A stretch of 10,502 bases of DNA. Origin: Oligoflexales bacterium. GTDB taxonomy: Bacteria; Bdellovibrionota_B; Oligoflexia; Oligoflexales; Bog-1112. A model generated the notes under the pieces. The model saw nothing but the letters and a program-made list of their open reading frames with translations, had not been told where the DNA came from and made no database searches. The stretch covers positions 1 through 10,502 of the forward strand of contig JBGCDR010000041.1 of assembly GCA_045105515.1 (NCBI GenBank). The letters are read 5' to 3'. Every line of letters begins with the position of its first letter. The first letter of the stretch is position 1. The position numbers were made by a program, and so were the translations under genes. Shown in pieces: positions 7,110 through 10,502 of this stretch.

Positions 7110-7284
7110 CATGATATAAACAAAATCCATATCAAATATCTTTAAAATTTGAAAACTCAGTGTAATATTGAAATATGACTCATATAATTCTAGGTAGGGA
7201 CCAAATATGCAGTAAGATATTTAGATTTGCATTCTGCAATTATATCATTGATAGAAAAAAATCGAGGGTAGTAGGGAGTTGAGC

Positions 7285-7629
7285 ATGAAGGTGCTAATGG
7301 TAGATGACGAGGAAGATTTGCTTTATGTTCTTGGAGCAAGTTTTGAAGGCTTGGGAATTGAGTTTGAAACAGCCTCAAATGGCGAAGATGCCCTTGACAG
7401 ATTTGGCTCATTCAAGCCAGATATTGTATTAACTGACTACAATATGCCTAATATGAATGGGGTTGAACTAAGCAAAAAACTTAAAGAAATAAATAAAGAT
7501 ATCAAGATCATCCTATACACAGCCTTTGATTGTGTCGAAAAGGAAGATAGGGGTCTTTTCCATACTGTCTTAGGTAAACCACTCCTGTCTACAGAGGTAA
7601 TTGATGCTATTAAAGAGCTAATCGACTAA
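7285..7629 (+). CDS. Stand-alone response regulator receiver (CheY-like)
   Basis: ATG 7285 has GGAG at 7275-7278. Motifs: VLMVDDE acidic pocket, LTDYNMPNMNG phospho-Asp, LYTA, GKP. No output domain. Confidence 0.95.
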   Translation: MKVLMVDDEEDLLYVLGASFEGLGIEFETASNGEDALDRFGSFKPDIVLTDYNMPNMNGVELSKKLKEINKDIKIILYTAFDCVEKEDRGLFHTVLGKPLLSTEVIDAIKELID

Positions 7630-7656
7630 TTCTCTGCATTTAGATCAAGTGAGGAC

Positions 7657-7687
7657 TAGATAAAACTAGGATTTCTTATTTTATCTA
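7657..7687. terminator. AT-rich hairpin between convergent genes, possible bidirectional terminator
   Basis: TAGATAAAA (7657-7665) pairs with TTTTATCTA (7679-7687), with an inner TAGG/CTTA stem. Confidence 0.35.
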
Positions 7688-8100
7688 CTTATCTTGATAC
7701 ATTCCAACTGCCTTGATCTCAAAAAGTATCTCTGGAGACTGTTGCTCAAGCTTTTATCGGACATCCTGACTAACTTTATTCCCACTTCCTATCCCCAATA
7801 ATTTTTTTGTAGCTTTCCCATTTCGTTTTTGCTACGAGTAATTGACTGGTGATTTCAGAATTTGCAGTTTTTTCTATTCTCATTTTTTTGTCACCATTAA
7901 GCATTGCATCAAGGGATAGGCCAATATAATCCTTAGATTTTTTTGAAAGATCTTTGTTTTTACCCGCATCTGTTTTAGCTGCGATTAGTAAAGTTCTTTG
8001 CCAGCCTTTGTGAAAGCATACGTAGTCTTCCTGCAATGTTAATTGTTTTACCCGATCCTTTAAATCCAGCCTTAAAGGCTGTCTCATAAGATTTAAATTG
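7685..8100 (-). pseudogene. Frameshifted PilJ/NarX-like four-helix sensor domain pseudogene (PF13675-type)
   Basis: Frame A (8046-7996) gives TINIAGRLRMLSQRLAK, a P-box-like motif. A shift near 7990 leads to LLIAAKTDA...LDAMLNGD...SQLLVAKTKWESYKKII. A second shift near 7790 leads to NKVSQDVR*KLEQQSPEILFEIKAVGMYQDK*. No usable start codon precedes the motif. Confidence 0.8.
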
Positions 8101-8175
8101 CCTGATTTTTATCGCGCTGGAAAGGTCGGCGATGCCAGCATAGTATTGTCGATAACAGCTACGATCTACAAAAGC

Positions 8176-10020
8176 TTAGCCAGCCTTTTTATTGCTTAAT
8201 AGATCCATGAATTTTTTCGGAAATGACAATACAAAACAAGTATTTCTATTTTTTTCATCATAGCTTAGAGACCCCTGATGATGCTCCATAATCCCTCTTG
8301 AAAGGCTGAGCCCAAGGCCGGTACCCTTTCCTATTTCTTTAGTGGTATAGAAAGGTTGCATCATCTTCCTCCGGATCTCTTTTGAAATTCCCGATCCACT
8401 ATCCGTGATTCTCAGTTTAAAAAACTCATCTGATTCCTCAAAATCGATTTTAATCCATTTATTGTCTAAACCTTCTATGGCATCAAGAGCATTTCCGAGC
8501 AAGTTCATCAAAACCTGTTCTATTTGCCCAGGCTTACAAGTAATAGAAACATCAATAGGAATATTAGTAATGTAAAGTTCTGCTCCATTTTTTTGAACCT
8601 GGTGCCGACTAAATGATATAGCTTCATCAACCAAGCGAGACATGAAAACAGAAATGAAGGGATCACTGGTAGAATCTCTCGCGAAAGTTTTTAATCCGTC
8701 CACAATTTTAGATATTTTATCTGAGCCTTGCTCTATTATCCCGGCAAATTCTTTGATCTGCTGTTTATCAAAACTATCCTTGGCAACGAGACGGCAAATT
8801 TGACTTGCCCGGGTTTTAATAACTGCTAGTGGTGTATTTATTTCATGAGAAATACCAGCAGACATTTCACCTAATGCTGCCAATTTTGATGATTCAACCA
8901 GTGCTTCTTGAGTAAATTTTAGTTTCTTAGTTCTTTCAATTATCTTTACTTCGAGTTTTTCTTGATAATCACCAAGGCTTTCTAATGAGCTATTTAGCGT
9001 CTCACCAAGGGTGTTGATACCATCTGCAAGTTCATTAAATGCCCGAATATTCGATTTACCTACTTGTTTACTAAAATCATTACTTTTATAAGTATTTAGA
9101 ACATCTACACTACTTTTAACGATGTTTCTAGCTTCTCTATTTAATTTTTCCATGTACTCCTTGAAGAAAGTCCCAATAGATAAATTGGCAATTATGATGG
9201 AAATAATCAAAATTAGGTATAAAGAATCTTGATTAGATTCAGAAAAGTAGAATGAAAGTACAGAATAAGCAATAACTCCTGATGTAAACAATAGAGTATT
9301 AAAAATACTGAAGAAAAATAGAGCCATTAAGGGAATTGGAATGATTGCATACGAAACGGGACCAGAGAGACCTCCCGTATTCTCAATGGCATATACAGCA
9401 CAAACGAACCAAATGATTATATAAAGAGTTATACATAGCTCCAATTTAAAGTGTCTCAAAAGGAACTTAGTTAATAGACTTAATAGAAAAAACACTCCAC
9501 TTGTAATACTCAAATCCTTAGTGTTAAGTGTAAAAAATGCTGCTACGCCTATAAATAGTGAACAAAAAATTCCGATCGTAGCCATTAAATTGAATGCTGC
9601 TTCTTTTTGCTGCTTATAGTAACTTTCTTTTTTTATTGTTTTATTTAAATCATCCTGATTATTAGCTAGCAACCAATCGATTGCCAACTTTCTATTTAAA
9701 AACTTTCTTGTTCTCGACTCTTCCTTTAAAAATTTATAAATTATTCTATTTATCCCTCGCATTGATTTTTTGCAGATAATAACAGCAATACTATCAAATT
9801 TTTTCTCAAGGTTTTCAAGAATTTCATTATATAAACGAGATTTATTCGAGCAATCTATCAGTAAGTTTTTGTAACTCATACCTTTTTTTTTTTGCAGCTC
9901 TGCCAACTGTTTACAAAAATACAAAGGACTAGGAATCATTTCTCCTTTAATAATAACTTCCATAATTCCATTGCTCCAATAACGAACAACAACCCAGTTC
10001 AGCTCATTTTCAGCAAGCAA
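8176..10020 (-). CDS. Membrane sensor histidine kinase (NtrB-like HisKA/HATPase_c) with a possible N-terminal SpoIIAA-like domain
   Basis: About 5-6 TM segments, a HAMP-like linker (FNELADGINTL), a coiled coil, H-box SAGISHEINTPL, N-box [38 protein letters not shown]. The TTG start is uncertain. Confidence 0.93.
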   Translation of the reverse strand: MLAENELNWVVVRYWSNGIMEVIIKGEMIPSPLYFCKQLAELQKKKGMSYKNLLIDCSNKSRLYNEILENLEKKFDSIAVIICKKSMRGINRIIYKFLKEESRTRKFLNRKLAIDWLLANNQDDLNKTIKKESYYKQQKEAAFNLMATIGIFCSLFIGVAAFFTLNTKDLSITSGVFFLLSLLTKFLLRHFKLELCITLYIIIWFVCAVYAIENTGGLSGPVSYAIIPIPLMALFFFSIFNTLLFTSGVIAYSVLSFYFSESNQDSLYLILIISIIIANLSIGTFFKEYMEKLNREARNIVKSSVDVLNTYKSNDFSKQVGKSNIRAFNELADGINTLGETLNSSLESLGDYQEKLEVKIIERTKKLKFTQEALVESSKLAALGEMSAGISHEINTPLAVIKTRASQICRLVAKDSFDKQQIKEFAGIIEQGSDKISKIVDGLKTFARDSTSDPFISVFMSRLVDEAISFSRHQVQKNGAELYITNIPIDVSITCKPGQIEQVLMNLLGNALDAIEGLDNKWIKIDFEESDEFFKLRITDSGSGISKEIRRKMMQPFYTTKEIGKGTGLGLSLSRGIMEHHQGSLSYDEKNRNTCFVLSFPKKFMDLLSNKKAG

Positions 10021-10080
10021 TTTAATGGCATTAACTCCCGATAAAAAAGAATAAACTCAACACGCACACATTCTTCTGTA

Positions 10081-10107
10081 TTATCGGCCACTAAGTTTTG
10101 AACTTGA
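10081..10107 (-). promoter_or_regulatory. Sigma28 (FliA) promoter of the sensor kinase
   Basis: Minus strand reads TCAAG-N14-GCCGATAA, with an exact -10 consensus and canonical spacing, 60 nt before the ORF start. Confidence 0.75.
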
Positions 10108-10173
10108 TTAAATAGTAAGAATTGAGCCTGGAAAACAATTATTAAACTCAATTGTAGTAAGATATGACTAATA

Positions 10174-10395
10174 TTAGGCTGCTTGGTTTTTTGGCAAACT
10201 TAAGATAAAAGTAGTGTATTTTGCGGAGCTATCTAGTTGTAGACTCCCTCCATGCATTTCAGCAATTCCTTTTGAAAGGCTCAAGCCCAGACCAGTCCCA
10301 ACCCCCACATCCTTGGTCGTAAAAAATGGCTGCAAAATTTTATCCTTTATTTCATCTGGAATACCCAGGGCTGATTCAAATAAGATTTTTTCCAA
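10174..10395 (-). pseudogene. Truncated histidine kinase ATPase C-terminal fragment
   Basis: [40 protein letters not shown] keeps the F and G2 boxes. G1 is degenerate (ESALGI instead of DSGxGI), H and N boxes are absent, and an in-frame stop lies about 10 codons upstream. Confidence 0.8.
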
Positions 10396-10502
10396 TTTTT
10401 CATTAAATAGGTCAGAAAAATTCTAAGCCGCAGTACCAAAAGTGACTAGATAAAAAAAATATAGGAAGAAAAAACTTAAAAAAAATGGCTCACTTTTATT
10501 AA

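Noticed and set aside
7190..7411. 73-aa antisense ORF
   Set aside because: Overlaps the well-supported receiver gene on the opposite strand.
7754..7778. Third sigma28-like site (TAAA-N13-TCCGATAA) on the minus strand
   Set aside because: The spacer is too short, it lies within the pseudogene, and no gene follows on that strand nearby.
10214..10426. 70-aa plus-strand ORF
   Set aside because: Antisense shadow of the kinase ATPase fragment.
1..10502. Eukaryotic (diatom) or giant-virus origin of the window
   Set aside because: No introns, clear Shine-Dalgarno sites, a GTG start, sigma28 boxes and bacterial-type kinases and receiver all point to a bacterium. A chimeric assembly cannot be excluded without reads.
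1..10502. CRISPR array, tRNA/rRNA, transposase, integrase or terminal repeats
   Set aside because: None seen by eye. The island has no visible mobility marks in this window.

Overview
This is an AT-rich, intron-free window with Shine-Dalgarno sites and two-component genes, so it is most likely bacterial. The lineage cannot be fixed from the sequence. The left half (about 100-4600) is a cluster of signal-peptide-bearing genes, three of which carry eukaryotic-type domains: a tandem helicase-associated (HA) domain protein, a complete two-fold cyclin that resembles diatom-specific cyclins, and a probable F-box protein. It also holds a secreted unknown protein, a 59-aa membrane ORF missed by the ORF track, and a possible DUF6824-like remnant. 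I infer a host-derived effector island targeting the cell cycle, transcription and ubiquitin system of a eukaryote, possibly a diatom. The right half (4677-10395) is a signalling region: a hybrid PAS histidine kinase, a stand-alone receiver, a frameshifted PilJ/NarX-type sensor pseudogene, a second histidine kinase and a kinase ATPase fragment. Both intact kinases have sigma28-like promoters. All family calls come from motif recognition by eye, not database searches.
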